From Terriglobia bacterium (GTDB lineage Bacteria; Acidobacteriota; Terriglobia; 20CM-2-55-15), in the NCBI GenBank assembly GCA_965198225.1, contig CBDAOY010000008.1, positions 768,012 to 832,011 on the forward strand: DNA of 64,000 nt, read 5' to 3'. This document shows positions 1-8,059 of the stretch, in pieces (position 1 is the first letter of the stretch; the number at the start of each line of letters is the position of its first letter). The notes below the pieces were generated by a model. That model was given only the letters and a program-made list of their open reading frames with translations. It was not told where the DNA came from and did no database searches. Both the position numbers and the translations under genes were made by a program.

Positions 1-2
1 GC

Positions 3-161
3 TTGGAAGTCGGCTTACCCGCCCCGCTCTTCGCGACCATCGTGATCGTCTACATCGCCGGAACGGCACAGTGGTACTGGGTAGGAGGAGGCCTGGCCGC
101 CGCCCTGGAGAGGATCTGGGAAGGGCTGAAGACGCAGGATGATGACCTGGATTGGATGTAG
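3..161 (+). CDS. 3' end of an upstream gene (hydrophobic C-terminus, partial)
   Basis: Open frame from the window edge ending in TAG at about 159-161; translation ...PAPLFATIVIVYIAGTAQWYWVGGG... looks like a transmembrane helix. Confidence 0.3.
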   Translation: MEVGLPAPLFATIVIVYIAGTAQWYWVGGGLAAALERIWEGLKTQDDDLDWM

Positions 162-207
162 TGGGGAAGTAGTCAGTTGGCGAGAACACCAGGTTAGCAG
201 AAACCCA

Positions 208-316
208 GACTCCCCTCCTCAGATGAGGAGGGGTGGCGCGAAGCGCCGGGGTGGTGCTGACCAAGAGATTCTGCGCCTGTGGCGCAGCTACGCCTCCTTA
301 TCCAGGGAGGGGAGTC
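208..316. repeat. REP/MITE-like element, family 1 (GACTCCCCTCC...GGAGGGGAGTC termini, internal TGGCGCGAAGCGCCA and CTGCGCC..GGCGCAG hairpins)
   Basis: Same modular sequence recurs at 4732-4777, 7783-8005, 36541-36590 and 44586-44753; intergenic; spurious ORF 139..324 lies inside it. Confidence 0.55.
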
Positions 317-393
317 GTTTTTAACTTCCACACTGCTGACCAACTGACTACCGACTACGGACAACGGCCTACGTCTTCTGTTATCCTGCCCGC

Positions 394-2472
394 GTGATTC
401 GCCGCGTTGCGCTCTTCGTCTCCTGTCTTGTAGATCAGTTTTATCCTCAGGTCGGCTTCGACACCGTCCGGGTGCTGGAACGCGCCGGACTGGAGGTGAT
501 CGTTCCGCCCGACCAGACCTGCTGCGGACAGCCCGCCTGGAACAGCGGATACCATGACGAAGCGCGAGGTGTGCTCGAAGCCGCCGGGCGATGTCTGGCG
601 TCTGCGGACGTGGACGCGGTTGTGGTTCCATCCGGTTCCTGCGCGGCCATGATGCGCGTCTCCTCGGCGGAATTGACCGATAGTCCTCCGGCCGTGTTCC
701 AGAGGACCTACGAATTGTCGGAGTTGCTCGTCCACCAGATGGGGATCGAGGACATCGGCGCGAGGTTCGAGGCGAAGGTCGTCTACCACGATTCCTGCCA
801 TCTGCTCCGCGGCCTCGGTGAGTCCGTCGCGCCACGCCGTTTGCTTGGGGCAGTCAAGGGGCTGGAGCTGCTCGAGATGCCGGAGGCTGAATGCTGCGGG
901 TTTGGCGGCGCGTTTTCAATCAAGATGCCGGCGATCGCGAACGCGATGCGTTCGGACAGGATCGACGCCATTGTTGCCAGCGGAGCAAACGCGGTCGTGT
1001 CGGCCGACATGGGTTGTCTCATGCATCTTAGTGGTGGTCTGAGCGACAAGGGGGGCCGCGGTGCGGACTCTGCATCTCGCGGAGGTCCTGGCCAGATCAT
1101 GAAGTCCTTCACAGACCGAGTCGAAGAAGCGCTGACCAATTCGGGACTTCAGCGTGCCCTAACGTCGGGGACGCGGCTGGCGCGGCAGAACCGCGCCGAG
1201 GCGTTCGAATGGATGCAGGGCGAGGGACTCGAGACGGAGCAGATGCGTGAGGCGGCCCATCGGACCAAGATGGAGATTCTCGGAGACCTGGACCGATGGC
1301 TGGATCGACTCGAGGAGAGCGTCGTCGCCAACGGCGGCGTGGTCCAGCGAGCGGGAACGGCCGCGGAGGCCTGCGACTACATCCTTCGGCTTGCAGACGA
1401 CAACGATGTTCGATCGGTCGTGAAGAGTAAATCGATGGTCACCGAAGAGATCGATCTCAACGAACGGTTCGAGCGCGCCGGTATCGAAGTCCTGGAGACG
1501 GACCTTGGGGAGTACATCATTCAGCTCGCGCAGGAGCGCCCCTCCCACATCGTTGCTCCGGCGATCCACAAGTCCCGTTCCGACGTTGCCGACCTGTACC
1601 ACGAACTGTTTGGCACCGATCGCGACATGACGGCGGCCGAGCTGACAGCGTGGACGCGGCGGCGGCTTCGCCCCCGGTTCCTGGACGCGGACATGGGCGT
1701 ATCCGGTGCGAACTTCGCGATCGCCGACACCGGAACCCTGGTCATCGTCGAAAACGAAGGCAACGCCCGGTTGACGACGAGTGTTCCGCGAATCCATGTA
1801 GCGGTCACAGGCATCGAGAAAGTGATCCGCTCCTGGACCGATTTGCAGACGCTACTGCCGTTGCTGCCGACCAGCGCGACGGGCCAGCGGATTACCAGCT
1901 ACGTTTCGTTCCTGAACGGCCCGCGCCGCCCGGGTGAAACCGAGGGTCCCGAGCAATTCCACCTCATTCTCCTCGACAACGGCCGCCGCGAGATCCACAG
2001 CGACCCGGTCTTCAGGGAAGCGCTCGCTTGCATCCGGTGTGGCGCCTGCCTCAACGCATGTCCCGTTTATAGTCGAATCGGGGGGCACGCCTACGGATGG
2101 GTGTACCAGGGACCGATCGGCGCCGTCATCACTCCCCACCTGAAGGGAATCGAGGCGGCAGGAGAACTGCCCTTCGCATCGTCGCTTTGCGGTGCCTGTA
2201 TGGACGCGTGTCCCGTAAAGATCGACATTCCCAGCCTCCTCATTCATCAACGCGATCGCATCAACCGGGAGGACCGCCCGCACGCACCGTTCGAGCGGTG
2301 GGCCTTCAGGCTGTGGAGCTGGTTTGCCGCCCGGCCGCGAATGTATCGTCGAGGCGCTCGTCTTGGGCGTTGGTTAGTGACTCGGAAAATACCCGCGACA
2401 AGGACGGGTAAGAAAAGTTTCCTGGAACAATGGAACTCGTCAGGAAATTCGAAGCAGCAGCGCGCACACTAG
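394..2472 (+). CDS. Fused LutA-LutB lactate utilization Fe-S oxidoreductase (N-terminal CCG-domain protein, C-terminal 4Fe-4S/DUF162 protein)
   Basis: GTG start; N-terminal CCGQPAWN and ECCGFGGAFS motifs (LutA/GlcF-like); C-terminal CIRCGACLNACPVY and CGACMDACPV ferredoxin motifs (LutB). Confidence 0.8.
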   Translation: MIRRVALFVSCLVDQFYPQVGFDTVRVLERAGLEVIVPPDQTCCGQPAWNSGYHDEARGVLEAAGRCLASADVDAVVVPSGSCAAMMRVSSAELTDSPPAVFQRTYELSELLVHQMGIEDIGARFEAKVVYHDSCHLLRGLGESVAPRRLLGAVKGLELLEMPEAECCGFGGAFSIKMPAIANAMRSDRIDAIVASGANAVVSADMGCLMHLSGGLSDKGGRGADSASRGGPGQIMKSFTDRVEEALTNSGLQRALTSGTRLARQNRAEAFEWMQGEGLETEQMREAAHRTKMEILGDLDRWLDRLEESVVANGGVVQRAGTAAEACDYILRLADDNDVRSVVKSKSMVTEEIDLNERFERAGIEVLETDLGEYIIQLAQERPSHIVAPAIHKSRSDVADLYHELFGTDRDMTAAELTAWTRRRLRPRFLDADMGVSGANFAIADTGTLVIVENEGNARLTTSVPRIHVAVTGIEKVIRSWTDLQTLLPLLPTSATGQRITSYVSFLNGPRRPGETEGPEQFHLILLDNGRREIHSDPVFREALACIRCGACLNACPVYSRIGGHAYGWVYQGPIGAVITPHLKGIEAAGELPFASSLCGACMDACPVKIDIPSLLIHQRDRINREDRPHAPFERWAFRLWSWFAARPRMYRRGARLGRWLVTRKIPATRTGKKSFLEQWNSSGNSKQQRAH

Positions 2473-2921
2473 CCACACCCTGCGTGCAGATGGACCGCGA
2501 TCAACTCGAGTCAGGTCTCGCGGCCTACCTCGGTGAAATGGGTGTTCGGAGCGTCGTGGTCGACTCCGAACGGGTTCGCCTGGAGGCATTCGAGCACGTG
2601 GATTCGCCTCGAGCCGATTGTGGCGTGACCGACGTACTGTGGGGCATCGCATCGACGGGTACCCTTGCGATACCGATGACACCGGACAACCGACGAACAA
2701 CGTCCTTGGTTCCCCCGCTTCATGTCGCTCTGCTCGGAAAGGAGGATCTGATTCCCGATCTCACGATGGCCCTCGATCACCTGTATCAGGGAATGATGAA
2801 AAGGGAGGATCGTCCGTCGAGCGTAGTTTTCGTCACCGGTGCGAGTCGGACCGCCGATATCGAGTTGGACCTGGTCGTCGGGGTGCATGGGCCTCGGGAG
2901 TTACACGTGGTGTTGTTCTAG
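2430..2921 (+). CDS. lutC: LutC-like lactate utilization protein (DUF162/LUD domain)
   Basis: Overlaps the lutAB 3' end; 163 aa; stop TAG lies in the CTAG site that received the IS insertion. Confidence 0.65.
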   Translation: MELVRKFEAAARTLATPCVQMDRDQLESGLAAYLGEMGVRSVVVDSERVRLEAFEHVDSPRADCGVTDVLWGIASTGTLAIPMTPDNRRTTSLVPPLHVALLGKEDLIPDLTMALDHLYQGMMKREDRPSSVVFVTGASRTADIELDLVVGVHGPRELHVVLF

Positions 2922-2963
2922 GGCGTGTTAACACTAATGAGCATGAATGTTTTATAATCACGC

Positions 2964-3371
2964 ATGGAGATCACACAGGAGCAGTATTGTCGCATCGAGC
3001 CGGAACTGCCGCGTCAGCGGGGCAACGTCAGTCTTTCGAACCTGACGGTCTTGAACGCCATTTTGTATGTGGCTGAGCAGGGCTGCAAGTGGCGCGGTCT
3101 GCCCAAGCGCTTTGGCAACTGGCACACCATCTACACCCGGATGAACCGCTGGTCCAAGAACGGCGTGCTCGACGCCGTCTTCGAGAAACTCCAGCGCGAG
3201 CAACTGGTCCGCATCCGGGTCGAAGCCGTTTCGATGGACTCAACCATTGTGAAGGTGCATCCCGACGGCACGGGAGCGTTAAAAAAAACGGTCCGCAAGC
3301 GATCGGCAAATCCCGCGGCGGATGGACCACCAAGATTCATCTGGTTGCCGCGAATGCTCGAACGGCGATAA
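2964..3371 (+). CDS. IS5-family transposase, N-terminal frame (orfA)
   Basis: Sequence ...LTVLNAILYVAEQGCKWRGLPKRFGNWHTIYTRMNRWSKNGV... is typical of the IS427 group; an A8 slippery run at about 3283-3290 fits a programmed frameshift. Confidence 0.8.
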   Translation: MEITQEQYCRIEPELPRQRGNVSLSNLTVLNAILYVAEQGCKWRGLPKRFGNWHTIYTRMNRWSKNGVLDAVFEKLQREQLVRIRVEAVSMDSTIVKVHPDGTGALKKTVRKRSANPAADGPPRFIWLPRMLERR

Positions 3372-3721
3372 CGTTTGCGCTCTCGCCCGGCCAAGCGCAC
3401 GACGCCCCGCAGGGCCGCGATCTGCTCGCCGGCCTGGGGCCATTGCCCGCGCCGCTGCCGCTGCTGATGGACCGTGCCTACCAGGACGACCAGACCCGCC
3501 AATTGGCTCTGGATTTTGGGTGGATTCCCGTCGTGCCGCCCAAGCGCAACCGCCTGGAGCCGTGGGAATACGACCGCGTGCTCTACCGCCGCAGGAACGA
3601 AGTCGAGAGGCTCTTCCGCCGACTCAAGGGTTTCCGGCGTATCTTCTCCCGTTTCGATAAACTCGACGTCATGTTCCTCGCCTTCCTTCACTTCGCGCTC
3701 ATCGTCGAGGCACTACGTTAG
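3089..3721 (+). CDS. IS5-family transposase, C-terminal frame (orfB, DDE domain); expression depends on a frameshift from orfA
   Basis: Sequence ...GWTTKIHLVAANARTAITFALSPGQAHDAPQG...LDFGWIPVVPPKRNRLEPWEYDRVLYRRRNEVERLFRRLKGFRRIFSRFDKL... is DDE-transposase IS427-like. Confidence 0.8.
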   Translation: MARSAQALWQLAHHLHPDEPLVQERRARRRLRETPARATGPHPGRSRFDGLNHCEGASRRHGSVKKNGPQAIGKSRGGWTTKIHLVAANARTAITFALSPGQAHDAPQGRDLLAGLGPLPAPLPLLMDRAYQDDQTRQLALDFGWIPVVPPKRNRLEPWEYDRVLYRRRNEVERLFRRLKGFRRIFSRFDKLDVMFLAFLHFALIVEALR

Positions 3722-3734
3722 TGTTAACACGCCC

Positions 3735-3759
3735 TAGTGACCTGTTACAGGTCACTAGC
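3735..3759. repeat. 25-nt palindrome CTAGTGACCTG-TTA-CAGGTCACTAG (two joined MITE-type termini) containing the stop codons of convergent lutC and the moaD-like gene
   Basis: Perfect 11-bp arms; the same termini flank the 275-bp elements at 14062, 35240 and 51729. Confidence 0.6.
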
Positions 3760-3964
3760 CAATAGCGGGAACGATTTCGACTTCGGCGCCGTCCGGGATT
3801 ACCGCACTCATGTTTCCGGTGTCGCGAGCATCTTCGCCGTCGATATAGATGTTGAGTCCGGGATGGATCCGACCGTCTCTTCCGCAGGCATGGTTCCGGA
3901 AACCGGGATGCCGTCGCTCGATGGCGGCGATCAGTTCCGAAACTGTCGCAACCTCCAGCTCCAT
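3755..3964 (-). CDS. MoaD/ThiS-like ubiquitin-fold sulfur-carrier protein (about 69 aa; C-terminus ...VPAIG)
   Basis: MELEVATVSELIAAIERRHPGF...GEDARDTGNMSAVIPDGAEVEIVPAIG resembles MoaD; start chosen at an internal Met because the longer ORF 3755..4171 overlaps the upstream gene; terminal residue is Gly but not a canonical GG. Confidence 0.45.
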   Translation of the reverse strand: MELEVATVSELIAAIERRHPGFRNHACGRDGRIHPGLNIYIDGEDARDTGNMSAVIPDGAEVEIVPAIG

Positions 3965-4035
3965 CCGGGCCTTGGTGCGGAGATTCTGCCGGAGGGGCAG
4001 GTGAATCCAGACGCTGGAGACTCCCATCGGCTGAG

Positions 4036-4629
4036 CTACTGTGCGACGGGTTGTTCTTTCCGGTTCGGGACGACGCTGTCGTTCTTGAACGGGCTTACTC
4101 CGCGCGTCGAGAACGTCGGTTCCGAGGTGTTTCTGCAGTCGTAGTAGTCCCACCGTTGGGTGTGGTCGCACACGAAGACTTCATCGAACAGCATGGAGCT
4201 GATAGGCAGAGTCACAGTTTTCCGGGTGTTGCGTATCACGAAGACCGGATGGAAGCCTTCCCGCGACAGTCCGTTCCACCGGATCCGGTCGTCATCGCTG
4301 AGCGGCCCGACGGCATCGCTGAGGACCTCGCGGAAGAACCGAAGCTTGAAGCCGTCATGAAGGTGGTTCGTTGCAACAACATAGTCGTTGCCCTGATGGA
4401 AAAGGAGGAGCTTGCTTGTGGCCCGGCGGTAAATGAGCGGAAAGATCGAAAGTACGAGGGTGACGACTGCAACCAGACCCAGACCCATCAGACCCAGGCG
4501 GACCGGTCCAGAGCTGCCAGGAAAGGTCGATGCAACGCCGATCAGAACGGCGATCGCCGAGACGATGGCCAGGGCGCCTGCCAAACGCATGCGGTTGATT
4601 TCGTTCCGTCCGAGCACGACCATGATTGA
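4036..4629 (-). CDS. Hypothetical membrane-anchored protein (two N-terminal TM helices plus a soluble domain)
   Basis: ORF 4036..4785 trimmed to MVVLGRNEINRMRLAG...; the upstream part of the ORF runs through a family-1 hairpin. Confidence 0.35.
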   Translation of the reverse strand, partial: SIMVVLGRNEINRMRLAGALAIVSAIAVLIGVASTFPGSSGPVRLGLMGLGLVAVVTLVLSIFPLIYRRATSKLLLFHQGNDYVVATNHLHDGFKLRFFREVLSDAVGPLSDDDRIRWNGLSREGFHPVFVIRNTRKTVTLPISSMLFDEVFVCDHTQRWDYYDCRNTSEPTFSTRGVSPFKNDSVVPNRKEQPVAQ

Positions 4630-4731
4630 CCCTCCGGCCCAAACTTCAAACCTGTCATTATACCGGGGCTGCAGGCGTGTTGCCAGCAGCCCCGGTAGTG
4701 GCCGGTTGTCACGAGTCAGTTGCCGGTTGTG

Positions 4732-4777
4732 CAGGGAACGACTTCCCTCCTCAGATGAGGAGGGAAGTCGTTCCCTG
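4732..4777. repeat. 46-nt perfect hairpin (family-1 core: CAGGGAACGACTTCCCTCC-TCAGATGA-GGAGGGAAGTCGTTCCCTG)
   Basis: Perfect inverted repeat; the core GACTTCCCTCCTCAGATGAGGAGGGAAGTC matches the termini of family-1 elements. Confidence 0.6.
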
Positions 4778-4887
4778 ACTCTCATGAGATATTCATCCGA
4801 CGCATTGAGAGCCCACGCTTCTCCATTGATCGAGATCGCGAGTGCCGCCGAGCAAGTTCCGGGTGTTTATCGTCTCTTCTACGGTGA

Positions 4888-5140
4888 GTCATCAGTCTTG
4901 GGGAGCAGGAGGCGCTGTGGCAAATGGCCCTGGCGCACGACTTTGTGATTCTGAGCGACGAGGTCTACGAACGGCTGGTGTTTGATGGGCGAGTTGCGCC
5001 TTCGTTCGCGAGGGTGGCGACGGACAGAGAGCACTTGCTTGTCGTCAACAGCTTCTCAAAGACCTACAACATGACCGGTTGGCGGTTAGGCTATGCTTTG
5101 GGTAGCCCAACTTTGATCGCTCTGATGACGAAGGTTGAAG
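4888..5140 (+). pseudogene. Internal fragment of a class I/II PLP-dependent aminotransferase (both ends missing)
   Basis: Frame opens after a stop at about 4885; ...HDFVILSDEVYERLVFDG...LLVVNSFSKTYNMTGWRLGYA... matches the central aminotransferase region including the PLP-lysine motif SFSKT; no N-terminal or C-terminal domains present. Confidence 0.6.
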
Positions 5141-5159
5141 ACCCGGATCGGCGTAAATG

Positions 5160-5518
5160 GTGTCGTTGCAGGCCGGTTTGGCGGCCCCGATTAGACGACG
5201 GTGCAACTGCTGGCCCGAGCCCGCCGCGCTGGCACCCACATCGGCACACTCTGTGACGCCATTCACCGCCGACAAGGGGAAGCTGCGGTCCGCCGCATCC
5301 TGGGTGTGCTCTCCCTGGCCAAGAAGTACGGTGTCTCCGCCGTGGAGGATGCTTCGGCTGCGGCACTGGAACTCCACGTCTACGAGTATCGTTTCGTCCG
5401 CCGCTATCTGGAGCGGCGACCTCCACTCGCCCTGCGTCAGGTCGATCCTCTCATTCGCGAACTGACTCAGTATCGCGATCTCATCAACCTCAAAATCCAG
5501 GAGCAGGAACACTCATGA
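5160..5518 (+). pseudogene. istA: IS21-family transposase IstA, C-terminal remnant only
   Basis: ...ILGVLSLAKKYGVSAVEDASAAALELHVYEYRFVRRYLERR... is the IstA C-terminus; stop overlaps the istB ATG (ATGA); the N-terminal roughly 300 aa and the left IS end are absent. Confidence 0.6.
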
Positions 5519-6270
5519 ATCTGATCGAACTCCAGCGGGCTCTCCGACAACTCCGGCTCGGCGGCATTGCCGAGGTGTTGGAAACACGCCTCCACCAGGC
5601 CCAGACCGAAGCCATGGCGCCGATCGACTTGGTCTCTCGTCTGGTCTCGGATGAACTGGACCGTCGCAGCATCCGGTTGTTGGAACGGCGTCGGAAACAG
5701 GCCCGGTTCCGCGATCCCCAGAAGACGCTCGACTCCTTCGACTTTACTTTCAACAAGAAGATGAATCGTAGTCTGGTCTTCGACCTGGCGACGGGCGCCT
5801 TCATCTCCAGGCACGACGATGCCTTGTTTCTCGGTCCTCCTGGCACCGGCAAGAGTCATCTGGCTCAGGCCATCGGCTTGGCTGCCATTGAGCAGGGCTA
5901 TCGGGTCGTCTACCGTGAAACTCATGCGCTTCTCGACGACATCGCCGAAGCCACCATTGACGGTACCCGAAAGGAGTGCATGGAAGCTTTGGCGACGGTC
6001 CCGCTGCTGATCATCGACGATCTGGGGATGCGGAAGCTTCCTCCCACTGCAGCAGAGGAACTCCTCGAGATCGTGATGCGACGCTATGAACGGACCAGTA
6101 CGTTACTGACATCGAATCGACCCGTCCAAGACTGGGGAAAACTACTGGGTGATAGCGCCGCCGTCACAGCCATGCTGGACCGGCTGCTCCATCACGGCCA
6201 CATCCTCAAATGCGGCCCTCGGAGTTGGAGGACTAAAACGGGCTTGCCGAGTCCAGTCCCAAAGAGGTAG
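5515..6270 (+). CDS. istB: IS21-family helper ATPase IstB
   Basis: Walker A GPPGTGKSH, LLIIDDLG, ...TSNRPVQDWGKLLGD...; full length, 251 aa. Confidence 0.85.
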   Translation: MNLIELQRALRQLRLGGIAEVLETRLHQAQTEAMAPIDLVSRLVSDELDRRSIRLLERRRKQARFRDPQKTLDSFDFTFNKKMNRSLVFDLATGAFISRHDDALFLGPPGTGKSHLAQAIGLAAIEQGYRVVYRETHALLDDIAEATIDGTRKECMEALATVPLLIIDDLGMRKLPPTAAEELLEIVMRRYERTSTLLTSNRPVQDWGKLLGDSAAVTAMLDRLLHHGHILKCGPRSWRTKTGLPSPVPKR

Positions 6271-6289
6271 AACAACACCGTCCCGGGCC

Positions 6290-6345
6290 ATCCCCGTTGG
6301 CCGGTTTTGAAGTGACCATCGTTGGCCGGTTTTGAAGTGACCACT
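6290..6345. repeat. Direct repeats CGTTGGCCGGTTTTGAAGTGACCA x2, likely IstA-binding repeats of the IS21 right end
   Basis: Two 24-nt direct copies 3 nt apart immediately downstream of istB, as expected for multi-repeat IS21 termini. Confidence 0.4.
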
Positions 6346-6612
6346 GAGGCCCGGAGCGATGCGCATCCATAGGTCCGGGTTGTGGCGAAGTGGATCGATT
6401 GAAGGGTTGGCTAAAGAGGGGTCGGAGCCTCTTCCTCGTCCTGCCCGGGTGACAATATAGATACGAATTGGCAGATCCCCAGGGACGAAATGGCAATGGG
6501 CGTAATCCACTGATACAAAAGGGGATGCGAACTCACACGAAAGCTCGGGGAAACAGCCCTGGTGCTGATATCATGGTTCGATATCAACCAATCGGAGGTT
6601 CGCAGCGCAGCC

Positions 6613-7743
6613 ATGATACGAGGCAAATCTTCTGTCGTTCGGATTGTTCTGATCACATTGACCGGTCTGATGCTGACTGCCGCCTGTGCATCCGAGCCAC
6701 CGCAGTCGTCCCTGGAAAAGATCAACCTTCCGTCGGGTTTCAGCATCAGCACTTACGCTGAAGGCGTGCCCAACGCGCGGTCCATGGCGCTCAGTCCCGA
6801 CCAGACGTTGTACGTGGCGACCCGCCGGGCGGGCAACGTCTACGCGGTCCGCGACGACGATGGGGACAACAGGGCGGATAGAGTGTTCACCATCGCTTCG
6901 GGCCTGACGATGCCTAACGGCGTGGAATTCCGGGAGGGTGCGCTCTATGTTGCGGAGGTCAACCGCGTCCTCCGATACGACGGCATCGAGGGCAAGCTGG
7001 AGAACCCACCGTCGCCCGTGGTGCTCAACGACACACTACCCACGGAAACCCACCATGGCTGGAAGTATCTTCGCTTCGGACCGTACGGCAAGCTGTACTT
7101 CAATATCGGAGCTCCCTGCAACATCTGCGAGCCTGGCGATCCCTATGGTTCGATCGTCCGTATGAATCCGGACGGCACCGGTCTCGAAGTGTTCGCGCGG
7201 GGCGTTCGAAACAGCGTCGGCTTCGACTGGCATCCGGAGTCCGGCGATCTCTGGTTCACCGACAACGGCAGGGACAACCTGGGTGACGACGTCCCGCCCG
7301 ACGAATTGAATCGGGCCTCGGAGGCCGGAATGCATTTCGGCTACCCGTACTGTCACGGCCAGGACATCGCCGACCCCGAATTCGGTAGGTCCGGTCTCTG
7401 CGCCGAATACCAGCCCGCGGCCCAGAATCTGGGACCGCATGTCGCGGCCATCGGTATGACTTTCTACACCGGCGACATGTTTCCGGATGAATACAGGAAC
7501 CAGATCTTCATCGCGGAACACGGCTCCTGGAACCGAAGCGTCCCGATCGGCTACCGCCTGACGCTGGTCCGACTTGAAGGGAACAAGGTTGTCAGCTACC
7601 AGCCTTTTGCCGAGGGCTGGCTCGAGGGCGACGAGGACTGGGGTCGCCCGGCCGACGTCCTCGAGATGCCGGACGGCTCACTCCTGCTTTCCGACGATAC
7701 CGTCGGTGCGATCTACCGAATCACCTACGAAGCGGAAAGATAG
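6613..7743 (+). CDS. PQQ-dependent soluble sugar (glucose/sorbosone) dehydrogenase, lipoprotein-type signal
   Basis: ...LTGLMLTAAC signal/lipobox; YVATRRAGNVYAVRDDDGD, GLTMPNGVEF, FTDNGRDNLGDDVPPDELN, HFGYPYCHG are SGDH beta-propeller motifs. Confidence 0.8.
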   Translation: MIRGKSSVVRIVLITLTGLMLTAACASEPPQSSLEKINLPSGFSISTYAEGVPNARSMALSPDQTLYVATRRAGNVYAVRDDDGDNRADRVFTIASGLTMPNGVEFREGALYVAEVNRVLRYDGIEGKLENPPSPVVLNDTLPTETHHGWKYLRFGPYGKLYFNIGAPCNICEPGDPYGSIVRMNPDGTGLEVFARGVRNSVGFDWHPESGDLWFTDNGRDNLGDDVPPDELNRASEAGMHFGYPYCHGQDIADPEFGRSGLCAEYQPAAQNLGPHVAAIGMTFYTGDMFPDEYRNQIFIAEHGSWNRSVPIGYRLTLVRLEGNKVVSYQPFAEGWLEGDEDWGRPADVLEMPDGSLLLSDDTVGAIYRITYEAER

Positions 7744-7782
7744 GCTAGGATCTACCGAATCACCTACGAAGCGGAAAGATAG
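7710..7782. repeat. 34-bp direct duplication of the 3' end of the PQQ-dehydrogenase gene (GATCTACCGAATCACCTACGAAGCGGAAAGATAG x2 separated by GCTAG)
   Basis: Exact copies at 7710-7743 and 7749-7782; the second copy abuts a family-1 element. Confidence 0.6.
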
Positions 7783-8056
7783 GACTCCTAGGCGGCCACC
7801 AAAACTCCCCTCCTCAGACCACCCCGTCTGCGCCCCTGGCGCAGCCACCTCCTTATCAAGGAGGGGAGTCCGGGGTGAGGCGAAGGGCCGGGGTGGTGTT
7901 GATCAATAAAATCCCGCCTAAACTTCTGGCGCATCCAATAGCGTGATCCAACCACCCCGTCTGTGCCTTCGGCACATCCACCCCTCCTTATCCAGAGGGG
8001 AGTCGGCTCTCGTCAAGGACAGTGCCGCCACAACGGCCTACGGATAACGGCCTACG
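7783..8056. repeat. Composite repeat block: family-1 modules (two nested copies) followed by a family-3 GGCCTACG motif
   Basis: GGACTCC...CTCCCCTCCTCAG...CTGCGCCCCTGGCGCAG...GGAGGGGAGTCC, then ...CTGTGCCTTCGGCACA...CCAGAGGGGAGTC, then CAACGGCCTACGGATAACGGCCTACGCC. Confidence 0.5.
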
Positions 8057-8059
8057 CCT

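Larger units (their letters stand above)
2921..3734 (+). mobile_element. IS5-family (IS427/IS1031 group) insertion sequence, about 814 bp, flanked by a TA duplication in a CTAG target
   Basis: Terminal inverted repeats GGGCGTGTTAACACTAA (2921-2937) and TTAGTGTTAACACGCCC (3718-3734); TA on both flanks; two overlapping transposase frames. Confidence 0.85.

Noticed and set aside
194-835. Long antisense and alternative-frame ORFs overlapping confident genes (for example 194..835-, 1159..1797-, 36654..37556+, 37096..38037-, 38040..38840+, 40757..41575+, 62491..63441-)
   Set aside because: They are typical high-GC artefacts with Arg/Pro/Gly-rich translations and no domain signatures, opposite well-supported CDSs.
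3755-4171. Full 138-aa ORF for the MoaD-like gene
   Set aside because: The N-terminal 69 aa overlap the upstream gene and are Arg/Pro-rich. The MoaD fold starts at the internal Met (MELEV...).
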